DNA from: Pelagomonas calceolata
Lineage: Eukaryota
Assembly (NCBI GenBank): GCA_918797485.1
Contig: CAKKNE010000004.1
Span: forward strand, 2,170,001 to 2,234,000
Reading direction: 5' to 3'
Length of the DNA stretch: 64,000 nucleotides
Part shown: one piece after another, positions 22,888 to 32,401 of the stretch
How positions within the stretch are numbered: position 1 is the first letter of the stretch
Layout: each line of letters opens with the position of its first letter
Program-made: the position numbers and the translations under genes
The notes under the pieces: generated by a model
What the model saw: the letters and a program-made list of their open reading frames with translations, nothing else
What the model was told of the DNA's origin: nothing
Database searches by the model: none

Positions 22888-23286
22888 GCTCACCCCGTGC
22901 CGGCCGGCCGCGCCCCGGCCCCCCGCGCCCCGGCGCGCGGTCAAGCGGCCCCCCGCGCGCGCGAGATATGATTTCCGATCATTTGACTTCCAGCGGGGTC
23001 CTCGCGCGTCGACGGCGCCCCCTGAGCTCGAGTTTCCGGTTTGCAAGTTCAAAGGTCTCGCTAGTTGTCGCGACTCGCGCGCGGAAGCGATACAGCGAGC
23101 TTGCGCTGGCAAAATTGACTCCGACACGCGCGTGTAGATGGTTCGAAGTGCAAACGGCCGCACGCTCGAGCGCAAGCGTTTCTGATAATCAGCTAGCGAC
23201 GGTAGGATACTAGAAAGATAAACGCACATGCAGCTGTTCGAGTATCGTCCGGTTCGCTAATGGTCCAAAGAGATCAATGGGACACT

Positions 23287-23707
23287 TACTGGGGGCCGAA
23301 AATTATTTTTTTTAATTCGCGGCCGACGAGCCGCCCATGGCCATGGCGGCCGCGCCAGTGGAATCCTGTCAATCCCTGCCAACCAGGTCTCCCGGGGGGC
23401 GCATAGGGCCGGTACTATACACGTGCAAGCGCCTACACCGCATACGCCGCCGCTTCAATCATTTTTGGTCGATTTCTCTCAGCAGACCACAGATAAATAG
23501 CAGCTATTTCCCATGGTTTGCTTCCAGGGCTCTCCGAGAGCACTGGGCCGCCGCGTCGACAGCGTGTGCGGTACAGGCGCTTACCCACTACCAGACCTAC
23601 CCCGAGAGGCCACCAGGAGCCGAGCTACCCCCGAAAAAAGTGTGCAATTTGGGCCCGATGGCGCCCCGTTCCCGTCAAAAACGTCAATTACCCGAGGGCC
23701 CCCAGTA
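23287..23707. mobile_element. Candidate non-autonomous DNA transposon (MITE-like, about 420 bp)
   Basis: Perfect 11-bp inverted repeat TACTGGGGGCC (23287-23297) / GGCCCCCAGTA (23697-23707) with terminal TA; no convincing ORF inside. Confidence 0.35.
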
Positions 23708-24873
23708 GTCGCCGTAGCGGTCTCGTCGGACCCCATACTACCCCGCCGATAGTCAATTACAAGTATATGACATCTACACCACGAGAAGGGTACTTTTGGC
23801 CGACCACGCTCGGGACGTGAACATCTTGATCTGGACCTCGCGCAAGTCAGTCGATGATGGAACAAATGATCGCGTCATGGTCCATGGTAATGGTACACGC
23901 GCTGATGGCCGCAGATCCAAGTAATTCGCCCGTCTATGTGAGTTCGTGGGGCCGCAAGACCAACGAGGCGCGGGAGCATTTGGAAATAGGAAATCAAATG
24001 TAGTACACGCTCAAGCCGGTTATCTGGCCCGTCCCGTAACCGAAGCGCCTCAAACGCAAATTTATTTTATAAACCACCGGTCTGGGGCCTTTCTGGTGCT
24101 CCGTCAACGCACAGTCGTTCGCGGAGAACGGTCAAGTCGGTCGATTGTGAATAGAACAACGGCGTTATGGTCCATCTGGATGGTGGCGTCGCTGATAGTC
24201 GCGGTTCTAGTAGTTTCGCCAATCTTCATGCAAACGCGGGGTCGCCAAGTCGTAGAATCGGGCGGCTCCAACGGAGCCCTTAATAGGTCTCACGATCGCT
24301 GAGGTGAATAGGACGGAATCTACCCCTACCAAACGGAAGGAAACGAACATAAACGCGAGAGTTGTCTAGTAGAATTCTTCTCCCGCCCTCCGAGCGCGGG
24401 CCGTCGGCTCCGGTTCCGTCGATTGTCGGTGAAAACTGGGCTGGAGTTGATATAATGTACCAATTGGATGGTAGATGGCGGCGTCAATCGCTGGTCTACT
24501 TTGAAAACTCGTAAGACTCATCCGCGAATGTCGTGGGCGGTGCCTTCCGGGAGGCGCGAGGGTATGTTCCCGGACCGATACTCTCAAATATTTGGTCTCG
24601 GCGAACCACTAGGATGTATTCTGAATTTGGGTCATTCTTTTGACGCTATCGAGGCGTATCTTTAGATTTTCTAGTATGTCACACGCTAGCTTCTTGCTGC
24701 TGCTCCTTGGGCGCTATTCGTAAAGAATAGTACTAGCCAGCATCTGCGAATTGACCAGCGGTCCCGCGGTGCTCACTCTCTGTGAATCCTCTGTGGCACG
24801 ACGCCGCAGCGATGGCGTGGAGCCCGACGCCACCGGCGCGCCGAAGAACAGGGACGATACTTACACAGGGCTC

Positions 24874-25572
24874 CTACGTCGCCTTCCGCCGCGCCCCGCG
24901 CGCCATCGCGACGAGCTTCCGGAACCAGAACAGATTCAGCGCCCAGAAGACCGCCGAGCACATCAGAAAGGCCGTGTGGACGCCCGCCCGCGCCGCGTCC
25001 CACGGCTTTGCATCGCGGTTCCAGTACACAAACAGCGGCGGCCACGCGACGCGGAAAACTAAATAGGCGACGGCGCCGACGAGCCCGTTGACGAAATATA
25101 AAGTTGTACGGCTCCGGCCGAGCTGCTTGAGGAACCAGGAAATGTGGAGAGACGGCGTCGAGAGCTCCGCGAGGTAGACGTGCGCCGTCACCGCCCGCAG
25201 GGGCCCGTGCGTCTTGGCCAGGCCGTGCGCCGCCAATCCGACAAGATGGTGCGCGAGGAACGGGATTGAGATGGAAGTCCCTTTCACGAGGGGCAGCACG
25301 CATTCATATAAAGTGTCGAACCACAGATACCCCGCCATGCGCTGGACTAAAACCACGGGCAGCGGGCCGCCTTTCATCAGAAGGTGATGCGCGGCGCTGA
25401 GGCCGACGTAGGCGCCCTGCGCCGCCTCGACGGCGCGCACGCTCGCCTCGAAGCGCGTCCTGAACGCCCAATGCTTCCGGAGCGCCGCGTAGGCGGCGCC
25501 GGCGACGAGGCAGCAGCCCGCGGCCCAACTCAACGCGGTGCCATCGATGCTCTGGGCGATCGCCTGCAGCAT
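24874..25572 (-). CDS. TLC (TRAM/LAG1/CLN8) domain membrane protein
   Basis: GYLWFD, LAHHLV, AELSTP, LVFRV, LNLFWF motifs. Confidence 0.85.
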   Translation of the reverse strand: MLQAIAQSIDGTALSWAAGCCLVAGAAYAALRKHWAFRTRFEASVRAVEAAQGAYVGLSAAHHLLMKGGPLPVVLVQRMAGYLWFDTLYECVLPLVKGTSISIPFLAHHLVGLAAHGLAKTHGPLRAVTAHVYLAELSTPSLHISWFLKQLGRSRTTLYFVNGLVGAVAYLVFRVAWPPLFVYWNRDAKPWDAARAGVHTAFLMCSAVFWALNLFWFRKLVAMARGARRKAT

Positions 25573-26030
25573 GGCTTACAGGCAGCGGTGTATATATAGG
25601 GTGCAGCTGGCGGCTCCTTCTGCGGTCCAGGTGCGCGCGCGGGGGCTCGAAACGATCAATGCGTAGTTCAAAGCTCGACGTATGAGCCCTACACGAGCAA
25701 GCGCTGCGCGTGCGCCGATGCAGGGCTAGCGGTGTAAGGCACTAGGAACCGCCTGCCGGCTGGGCATTTCACTTAAATCGCGCGACCTCACGGTCACATA
25801 GATTGCCAGAAGCAATTTCGGAGAGCTCTGAACGCGTTGCAGCGGCTGCAGAGACGCCAGACCTCGCTGCGGCTTCAGAGAGCACAATAGCTCCGGTCTG
25901 CGCTGCGGACGCCTGGGCTGCGGACAGCCGCCGCGGGAGCAAAGGACTCCGGAGACGCGCGCCGTGAATCAGTAAACGCGCTGCACCGCGAAAAAGCCGC
26001 GTGGACGCCGCGCCGCGCCGCCGCGTAACA

Positions 26031-26921
26031 ATGGGCCGCTCGTCGAGCAGCAGCTCGAGCAGCAGCAGCAGCTCCTCGTCCTCGTCCTCATCCGAAGAGG
26101 GAGGCGAGGCCGCCGCGCGCGCGCGCGCCCGCGAGGAGGTCCAGGGCCGCAAGCGCCAGTTCCAGACCGTGGGCTCCGACTCCGACGACGAGGCGGCGCC
26201 GGCGAAGCGCCGCAAGAAGGAGAAGAAATCCAAGAAGCGCAAGCACAAGCACAAGAAGGACAAGAAGAAAAAGAAGGTACGCGTTTCGCAGCGCGACGCC
26301 GTCGTCACTCTATCTATGCCCACGCAGGAGAAGAAAAAGAAGAAGAAGAAGAAGAAAAAGTCGAAAGCCAAGAACGCGGGCGCCTGCGACCAGGACCGGT
26401 TCGGCTCTCGGGGAGTCGTGCGCGAGAGCGACTTCTTCCGGAAGCGGCGCGAGTTCGAGGCGTGGCTCGGCGAGGTCAAGCAGATGCCCGGCTTCAGCGG
26501 TTCGAAGCGCGAGCAGCTCGAGCTGTTCCGCGAGTACGCCGAGGACTTCAACACGTGCACGCTGCCCTCGGATAAGTACTACGACCTCGAGGCCTGGGAG
26601 ACGGCCGAGTACGCGCGGAAGCTGCGCGGCGAGCGGGCCTCGACGAAGGAGCGGACCGTCTTCGACGACGAGCGGGAGCTGGAGCGCGAGCGGCGCGCGG
26701 AGGCCGAAAAGCGAGACCGCGCGGCCGAGCAGGCCGAGCTGCGGGACCGGGCGCGCGACGGCGACCGCATGAAGGACGTGCGCGAGGCGGACTTTCTGCG
26801 GGCCGAGCAGCAGCACGCCTACAAACGGGGCGACCAAGACGCGGTCCGAAGGATCCAGCGGAAATTAGATGCGCTCGCGCCCGAGAAGGCGGACGCGGGG
26901 CCGAGGCATCCTTGGGCTTAA
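26031..26921 (+). CDS. Lys/Arg/Glu-rich probable nuclear protein of unknown function; probable 51-nt in-frame intron 26277-26327
   Basis: Poly-S and poly-K tracts, conserved-looking core EFEAWLGEVK..F.EY.EDFNT.TLP..KYYDL; gtacgc...cacgcag interrupts the poly-K tract. Confidence 0.8.
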   Translation: MGRSSSSSSSSSSSSSSSSSSEEGGEAAARARAREEVQGRKRQFQTVGSDSDDEAAPAKRRKKEKKSKKRKHKHKKDKKKKKVRVSQRDAVVTLSMPTQEKKKKKKKKKKSKAKNAGACDQDRFGSRGVVRESDFFRKRREFEAWLGEVKQMPGFSGSKREQLELFREYAEDFNTCTLPSDKYYDLEAWETAEYARKLRGERASTKERTVFDDERELERERRAEAEKRDRAAEQAELRDRARDGDRMKDVREADFLRAEQQHAYKRGDQDAVRRIQRKLDALAPEKADAGPRHPWA

Positions 26922-26948
26922 GTTAATTCACTTGTTAATTCACACACA

Positions 26949-27437
26949 TCACACGTCGAGGCGGACCCGCGCGCCGCCGTCCCCCATCATCGCTCCGTCC
27001 ATGTTTGTGACGTAGAGCTCCGCGAGCTGTACACCATCCGCCGTCTGGACGCCGCGGGCCGTACCTTGCGCCCAGAGGTTGCCGCCCTGGATTTGGAACT
27101 GCAGCGCGAGGCGATCGCCGGCCCGAGCGCTCGCGTAGACGCCCCCGGGCTCGAGCCCATAGCCGAGCTCGGACGTGACCGCTGGGTCGTTGTTCAACGC
27201 GACCTTCGCAAGCCCGAGGAGCTCGTCGGCGAGCGCGCGGTCCCGCCGCGGCACCGAAGCGGCAAACAAAAAGAGGCCGCCGGCCAGTTTCGCTGGCAGC
27301 GGGACGTTCGTCAGCTCGGGCCACTCGTCAGCAGCGGGGCCGACGCGCCGTCTCACGCCATGCCGCGTCGATGGCGACGGTGCGTGCCGCGGCGCGAAGC
27401 CGCTCGCGAGCACCAGCAGCGGCGTCACTCGCAGCAT
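26949..27437 (-). CDS. Small protein with probable bipartite plastid presequence, unknown function
   Basis: MLRVTPLLVLASG|F followed by an Arg/Ser-rich transit-like segment; GC3 codon bias. Confidence 0.7.
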   Translation of the reverse strand: MLRVTPLLVLASGFAPRHAPSPSTRHGVRRRVGPAADEWPELTNVPLPAKLAGGLFLFAASVPRRDRALADELLGLAKVALNNDPAVTSELGYGLEPGGVYASARAGDRLALQFQIQGGNLWAQGTARGVQTADGVQLAELYVTNMDGAMMGDGGARVRLDV

Positions 27438-27856
27438 CTTGTGAGGTCAACTATATCTGTCACACAGCAGTCGCGTATGCGGCGGCCACACCCAGATGCT
27501 GAGGCACAGGTGCAGATGGCACACACGCGAGACGGCGTCTCCTTGCAGGCGTGGCAGAGAATGATATTTATAGGAATTGATTCGATGCCGCGACCAATTT
27601 AGTGCAGCAATTTGCGCGTGCAGGCTGGCTGCGCTGCCAGGCTGGGGATCCCTAGTGTGTTACCGGCCGCTAGCGCGCAAGCTCGGCGGTTTGTGGCAAT
27701 TTCGCCGGCAACGCAGCTATCACTCGTTGGTAGAATCACAGAGGGTAGCCCTGGTGACTGCCGAGGCCCCGGGATGGGGTCGGTAACAGCTAATGGACGC
27801 GTAGTTTAAAAGCAGCTTGGCACCGGCTGTGCCAACACGAACGCGAGAACGCGAGA

Positions 27857-30592
27857 ATGCTCACAGCCGAGCCCGTCGACCTGCGCGGCCGCCGTGCGCT
27901 AGCCAAAAGCCTCGAGAAGGAGGAGCGCCACGCCACGGACCAGCTCAAACAAGCACTCAAAGCGTCAAACGCCGCCGTCGATGAACTAAGAGCGGTCGGC
28001 TCCGAACTCGAGGACGAGGCCGAGCGCGTTTCTGAAAGAGCGAAGAAGGACCGCGCGCGCGTCGACGACGTCGAGGCCCAGTGCGCCTACGCCAAGGCGC
28101 GGCGCGCGGAATTGGATCGGCTGTCGAAGCGCGGCGCGCGCGAAGCATTAATAAAAGAAAAAAAGGCCGCCGAGAAAGCGTCTGACGAGGCGAAGGCGCA
28201 GCAGCTCCGAGCCGAATCTGATAGAGACGCGGCCCGGCGCAAGGCGGCGGAGGATGCGAAGGCCGCGCGCGACGCGGAGGCGCTTTCGGCCGCTCTCGAC
28301 GCCGAAGCATTAGACTCGAGGCGCCTCGCGTCGGCCTGCGCCCTCGCGCGGGGCGCCCAGGCCGCGCGCGTCGATAGGAGGGAGGAGCGGCGTTCCATGA
28401 AAGAGGCGCGGCGCCGGGCGCTCGAGGCGCCCCTCGCGGCTTTTGATCGGAAGCGCCGCGCCAACGCATTGCGCCGCTTTATAACAACCTGGGCGCGCGC
28501 GGCGACGCAGGAGAAGGGCCTGCGGCGGTTGCAAGCGCGGGCCTTCCGCGGGAAAGCACGACGCTACCTGCGCGCGTGGCGGCGCGGCGCGATCACGAAC
28601 GCGCTGGCGGACGTGGACCGCGGGCGCCGGCGCCGCCGGCGCGGTTTGCGGGCCCTCGCGCATTTTGCGCGCGCGGCCAAGGCCGCGCGCGCCGCGCGCG
28701 AGGCGGCATTGAAAGCGCGACACGCGCGCGAGGCCGCGGCCCGGCGGCGGCAGGCTTTTGAGCAGTGGCAGGCGGCGGCCTTAGATAGGCGCCTCCACGC
28801 CGTCGCGCGCGCCTGGCACCGCGGGCGCATGCGCGCGCTCGCGCCTGCCGCCGACGCGCACGCGTCGCCGGCGGCGAAGGAGGCCGTCGACCGCGCCCCG
28901 GTGACGCCCGTGGCTTTGAGGTTGCCGCCGCCGACGCCCGCCGCGCGGCCGCCCGCGCCCGCCGCACCACCGTCGCCGCCGGTACCGCCGCCGCCGCGCG
29001 TCACCGACGCCGCCGCCGGGGCCTTCGCGGCGCGGCGCTCATTGAAGCGGGGCCTCGGGACCTGGCGCGCCGTGCGGCTGGCGCGGGCGGCGGCGCGGCG
29101 CCTCGACGGCGTTTTGATGGACCGCGCGCAGTCTTCAATGAAGGCGCGGTCACTAAGGATGTGGGCCGCGCGCGCGGTCCAATACAAACGCCACCGCCTC
29201 ACGGATGCGGCGGGGCCCGACCGGCTGTTAAGGTTGCGCGCGCGGGCCTTGGTACGGACGTGGCGGACGCGCGCGCACCGCCGCGCACGCGCCGCGGCGC
29301 GCGTCGAGCGGTGCGCGGCCGCGGCGCGGCGGGCGGTCGTGGGCCGGGCGCTGCTCGCGTGGGGCCGCGCCGCGGCGGCGAAGTGCCAAGAGAAGGAGGC
29401 GCTGCTCGTCGTCGAGGCCGAGGCGCTGCTGGCGGTGCGGCGGCAGCGCGAGCGCGAGCTGGACGCGTGCGGGCCGGCGCCCTGGGCCGACTCGGAGCGC
29501 CGGGCCCACGCGGCGCGCGGCGTGCTGGAGGAGGCGGGCCGCGACGTGGATTTGAGAAGGGCGGCCGTCGCGACGGCGGTCGAGAGGCGACGGAGCCACC
29601 TCGAGCGCATCGCGGCCGCGGAGGCGGATCGGGTTAGTCAGGAGGCTCGCTTGCAAGCTTCCACGGCGGCCAAGGACGCCTTGAGTGCCGTGGCCGCTTG
29701 CTTAGCGTCCCGCGACGCTCGGTTGAAGCGGGCGGCGGCCGAGAAACGGAAAACCACCGAAGTGTCGATCCGCCAGCTCGAGGGCACCTGCGCGTCGCTG
29801 ACGCACCAGGCGTCCGACGCCGAGCGGCGCGCGCGCCAGGCCGAGCTCCAAGCTACAAAACGCGCCGAGGACGACGCGTCGTCGCTGCAGCGCGCCGTCG
29901 CCGTCGCGTCCGATTTATCTCAATTGCTGAGAGAAGCCGAGGCCAAAGAGGAGGCGTCGAAGAAGGACGTCGAGGCCCTGGACCACGCCGCGGCGCGGCT
30001 GCGGGCGCGATTGGAGGCCGCGGAAAAGGCCGCGGCCGAGGCGAAGCACCGGGACGCGGACGTGCGCCGGCGCTACTGCGACACCGCGGAGCTCCAGGCC
30101 GCGCTGGCTTCCGAGAAAGCTCGAACGCACCGGCGGCTGGCGGGCCGCGTCAAGGCCCTCGCGGCGGCCGACGAGGTCCTGCCCCCGCGCGAGCGCGTCA
30201 ACTTGGCCGCGCAGCTCAAGCGGAAGCGCGACCGGTTGCTGGCCGCGGCGGCGCGCGCGGCGGCGTCCAGCGACTCGGAGTCGACGTGTTCTCCTGAACA
30301 ATTTGGTGCGGCGTTCGGCTCGGGTGCACCCTCGCCGGCCTCCGCGGGCGCGGCGTCGCCGGCGGCCTCGGATGCGACGCTGACGATGTCCTCGTCGAGC
30401 GGCGAGGACGCGGCGAGGGCATCTCCGGCGGCAGAATCGGACGCGGCGTCGTCGCCAGGCAGCGCCGCGGCGGCGGACTCGTCCCCGGGCGCCGCTGACG
30501 AGTCCGGCGATGCGAGCGCGGTCGACGCCGACGAACAACCTGCACCGAGTCAGGACGGGTCCGAGTCCGCTGCACCAAGCCTCCTAGCTTGA
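27857..30592 (+). CDS. Ala/Arg-rich coiled-coil protein with Sfi1-like Trp repeats
   Basis: 911-aa ORF; heptads; repeated L/F..W motifs (RYLRAWR, AFEQWQ, GLGTWR, SLRMWA, ALLAWG). Confidence 0.7.
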   Translation: MLTAEPVDLRGRRALAKSLEKEERHATDQLKQALKASNAAVDELRAVGSELEDEAERVSERAKKDRARVDDVEAQCAYAKARRAELDRLSKRGAREALIKEKKAAEKASDEAKAQQLRAESDRDAARRKAAEDAKAARDAEALSAALDAEALDSRRLASACALARGAQAARVDRREERRSMKEARRRALEAPLAAFDRKRRANALRRFITTWARAATQEKGLRRLQARAFRGKARRYLRAWRRGAITNALADVDRGRRRRRRGLRALAHFARAAKAARAAREAALKARHAREAAARRRQAFEQWQAAALDRRLHAVARAWHRGRMRALAPAADAHASPAAKEAVDRAPVTPVALRLPPPTPAARPPAPAAPPSPPVPPPPRVTDAAAGAFAARRSLKRGLGTWRAVRLARAAARRLDGVLMDRAQSSMKARSLRMWAARAVQYKRHRLTDAAGPDRLLRLRARALVRTWRTRAHRRARAAARVERCAAAARRAVVGRALLAWGRAAAAKCQEKEALLVVEAEALLAVRRQRERELDACGPAPWADSERRAHAARGVLEEAGRDVDLRRAAVATAVERRRSHLERIAAAEADRVSQEARLQASTAAKDALSAVAACLASRDARLKRAAAEKRKTTEVSIRQLEGTCASLTHQASDAERRARQAELQATKRAEDDASSLQRAVAVASDLSQLLREAEAKEEASKKDVEALDHAAARLRARLEAAEKAAAEAKHRDADVRRRYCDTAELQAALASEKARTHRRLAGRVKALAAADEVLPPRERVNLAAQLKRKRDRLLAAAARAAASSDSESTCSPEQFGAAFGSGAPSPASAGAASPAASDATLTMSSSSGEDAARASPAAESDAASSPGSAAAADSSPGAADESGDASAVDADEQPAPSQDGSESAAPSLLA

Positions 30593-30603
30593 AATAACTA
30601 TAT

Positions 30604-30628
30604 TTACTCATCATCATCGTCGTCGTCG

Positions 30629-30660
<32 letters not shown>

Positions 30661-31155
30661 ATCATCATCCTTGTCCGCGACGATTGTCGACGCCGCCCGG
30701 TACTCGCCGAACGTCTCGATCTCCGCCTCGCGCAGGCGCCGCTCGGCCGTCTTCGTACTCCACTTCACGTAAAGCCCGAAGACGACGCTGAAGACGAGCG
30801 TGCCCCCGACCAAGTTCCAGATGGCCTTGTAGCGCGCGAGCTCCGACGTCCGCAGCGTCGTCGTGAGCAGCGTGATGTGGTCCGTGATGATGCGGTCGCG
30901 GATGCTGCCCGGCTTGCACGCGGCGCGCGCCTCGGCCGCGGCCTTGATCACCTCGTTGGACACGAGGGCGCGCGCGCCGGCCTTCAAGGGAGTGAGCAGC
31001 CCGACGGCGGCGCCGGCGGCCGCCGTGCCGGCGCGCCGCCAGCGCCGCCGCCTCGCACCCGGGGGTTTGAGGCCCATCGTGACCGGCGCCGTGAAGGCTG
31101 CGCATTGCGTTGCTGTTAGTAATGCTGCGGCGAGGTATGTGGTCCGGCGCGGCAT
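30604..31155 (-). CDS. Probable plastid-targeted membrane protein with poly-Asp tail
   Basis: Signal peptide ending CAA|F, one TM segment, acidic tail encoded by a (GAC/GAT)n tract at about 30608-30670. Confidence 0.7.
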
Positions 31156-31636
31156 GGTTGCAGCTACTCTCGCCACTTGGAGTTGCAACTGCGGAGGTTG
31201 CAAATCCGCTCAGGCAAGCGTCTCCGCGAGAGAAGCACGTATTAATGGACTGCGTCCGATACAACCACAGGCTGTCTGCAAAGTGAGCAGCCAGGGCTTG
31301 CTTTTTGGGTGCGCCTGCGACAAGCTAGCGGCCTGTAAGACACTAGCAAGCAGCAATTCAAGGCCATAGCGCCGTGCGGGCCCGCGCAAGGAGCAAGCGA
31401 GAGAGTCCTCTCGACGGATGGGGGAGCGGGGAGGGCGCACGGGGCGCTAGCAAGAGAACCCGAAGACCGAACCCGAACTAGTCGCCACCAGTCCAGGACT
31501 CCTCCAGACGCGCGGGAGCGCTGCGCGGCGACCTGGCAGCGGCTCCTTCAGGCCCGAAACTCAGCTAAAATTCTGACGTGCTCGTTCTCAGCTGCAAGGC
31601 AAGAAATTGGGCTCCAGCAGGGCCGTAAGGCTGCCC

Positions 31637-32284
31637 ATGGAGGTGCAGCGGGCCTCGCCGGTCGCCATGGCGCCGCCGGCGCCCCTGGCGCACCTGCCGC
31701 CGCCGCCGGTGCCCCTGTTCATCGCTTCACCTCGAGCGCGCCAAAATAATCTGGCGGCGCCCGCGCCCGCGCCCTTTGCCCTGCCGCCGTCGCCGCAGCG
31801 GCTGCCTTTCGCGGCGCCGCCGTCGCCGCAGCAACTCCCCTTCGCGGCGCCGCCGTCGCCGCAGCAAGGCGCGCCGGCGCCGCCGACGAAGGCGCCAGTC
31901 CCGTTCGCCAAGGCGCTGCACAAGATGCTCGGCGACGCGCCCCAGCTGATCCGGCTGGACGCGGAGGAGGGCTGCGTCGTCATCCCGTCGCCTTCAGCAC
32001 TCGAAGGCATCCTGGGCAAATACTACCGCCACTCGAAGTACGCCTCGTTCCAGCGACAGTTGAACAATTTTGGGTTTCATCGGCAAGCGGGCGCGGGCGT
32101 CACCATATATAGGAGGAGTCCCGAGGCCGGCGGCCGCATCGACTCGGTGGACGCGATCCTGGGCATCCGCCACGTCGTGCGACGGAAGGCGGCGGCGCCG
32201 CGGCCCAAAGCCCAGCTCGGCGACCGCTACTCCGCCGTGTCGGCCCTGCTCGCGCTGAAGCAGAGCGTGGCCGTGATCGCCTGA
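31637..32284 (+). CDS. Heat shock factor (HSF-type DNA-binding) protein
   Basis: PFAKALHKML, LGKYYRHSKYASFQRQLNNFGF; Pro-rich N-terminal repeats. Confidence 0.9.
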   Translation: MEVQRASPVAMAPPAPLAHLPPPPVPLFIASPRARQNNLAAPAPAPFALPPSPQRLPFAAPPSPQQLPFAAPPSPQQGAPAPPTKAPVPFAKALHKMLGDAPQLIRLDAEEGCVVIPSPSALEGILGKYYRHSKYASFQRQLNNFGFHRQAGAGVTIYRRSPEAGGRIDSVDAILGIRHVVRRKAAAPRPKAQLGDRYSAVSALLALKQSVAVIA

Positions 32285-32401
32285 TCCACCCTCAATTCGC
32301 AGTCCCACTCCTCCCTCGCGCGCCACTCCTCGTAGAGTAGACTGGCCGCCGCTGACACCCGCCGGCACCAAAAGTTTAAGCCCAAGTGTATGACAATAAA
32401 G

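Noticed and set aside
23849..23910. Possible C/D box snoRNA (ATGATG...CTGA)
   Set aside because: Imperfect C box, weak terminal stem and no rRNA guide I could identify.
23946..24302. 118-aa ORF with a hydrophobic stretch
   Set aside because: GTG start, no codon bias like neighbouring genes, no motif.
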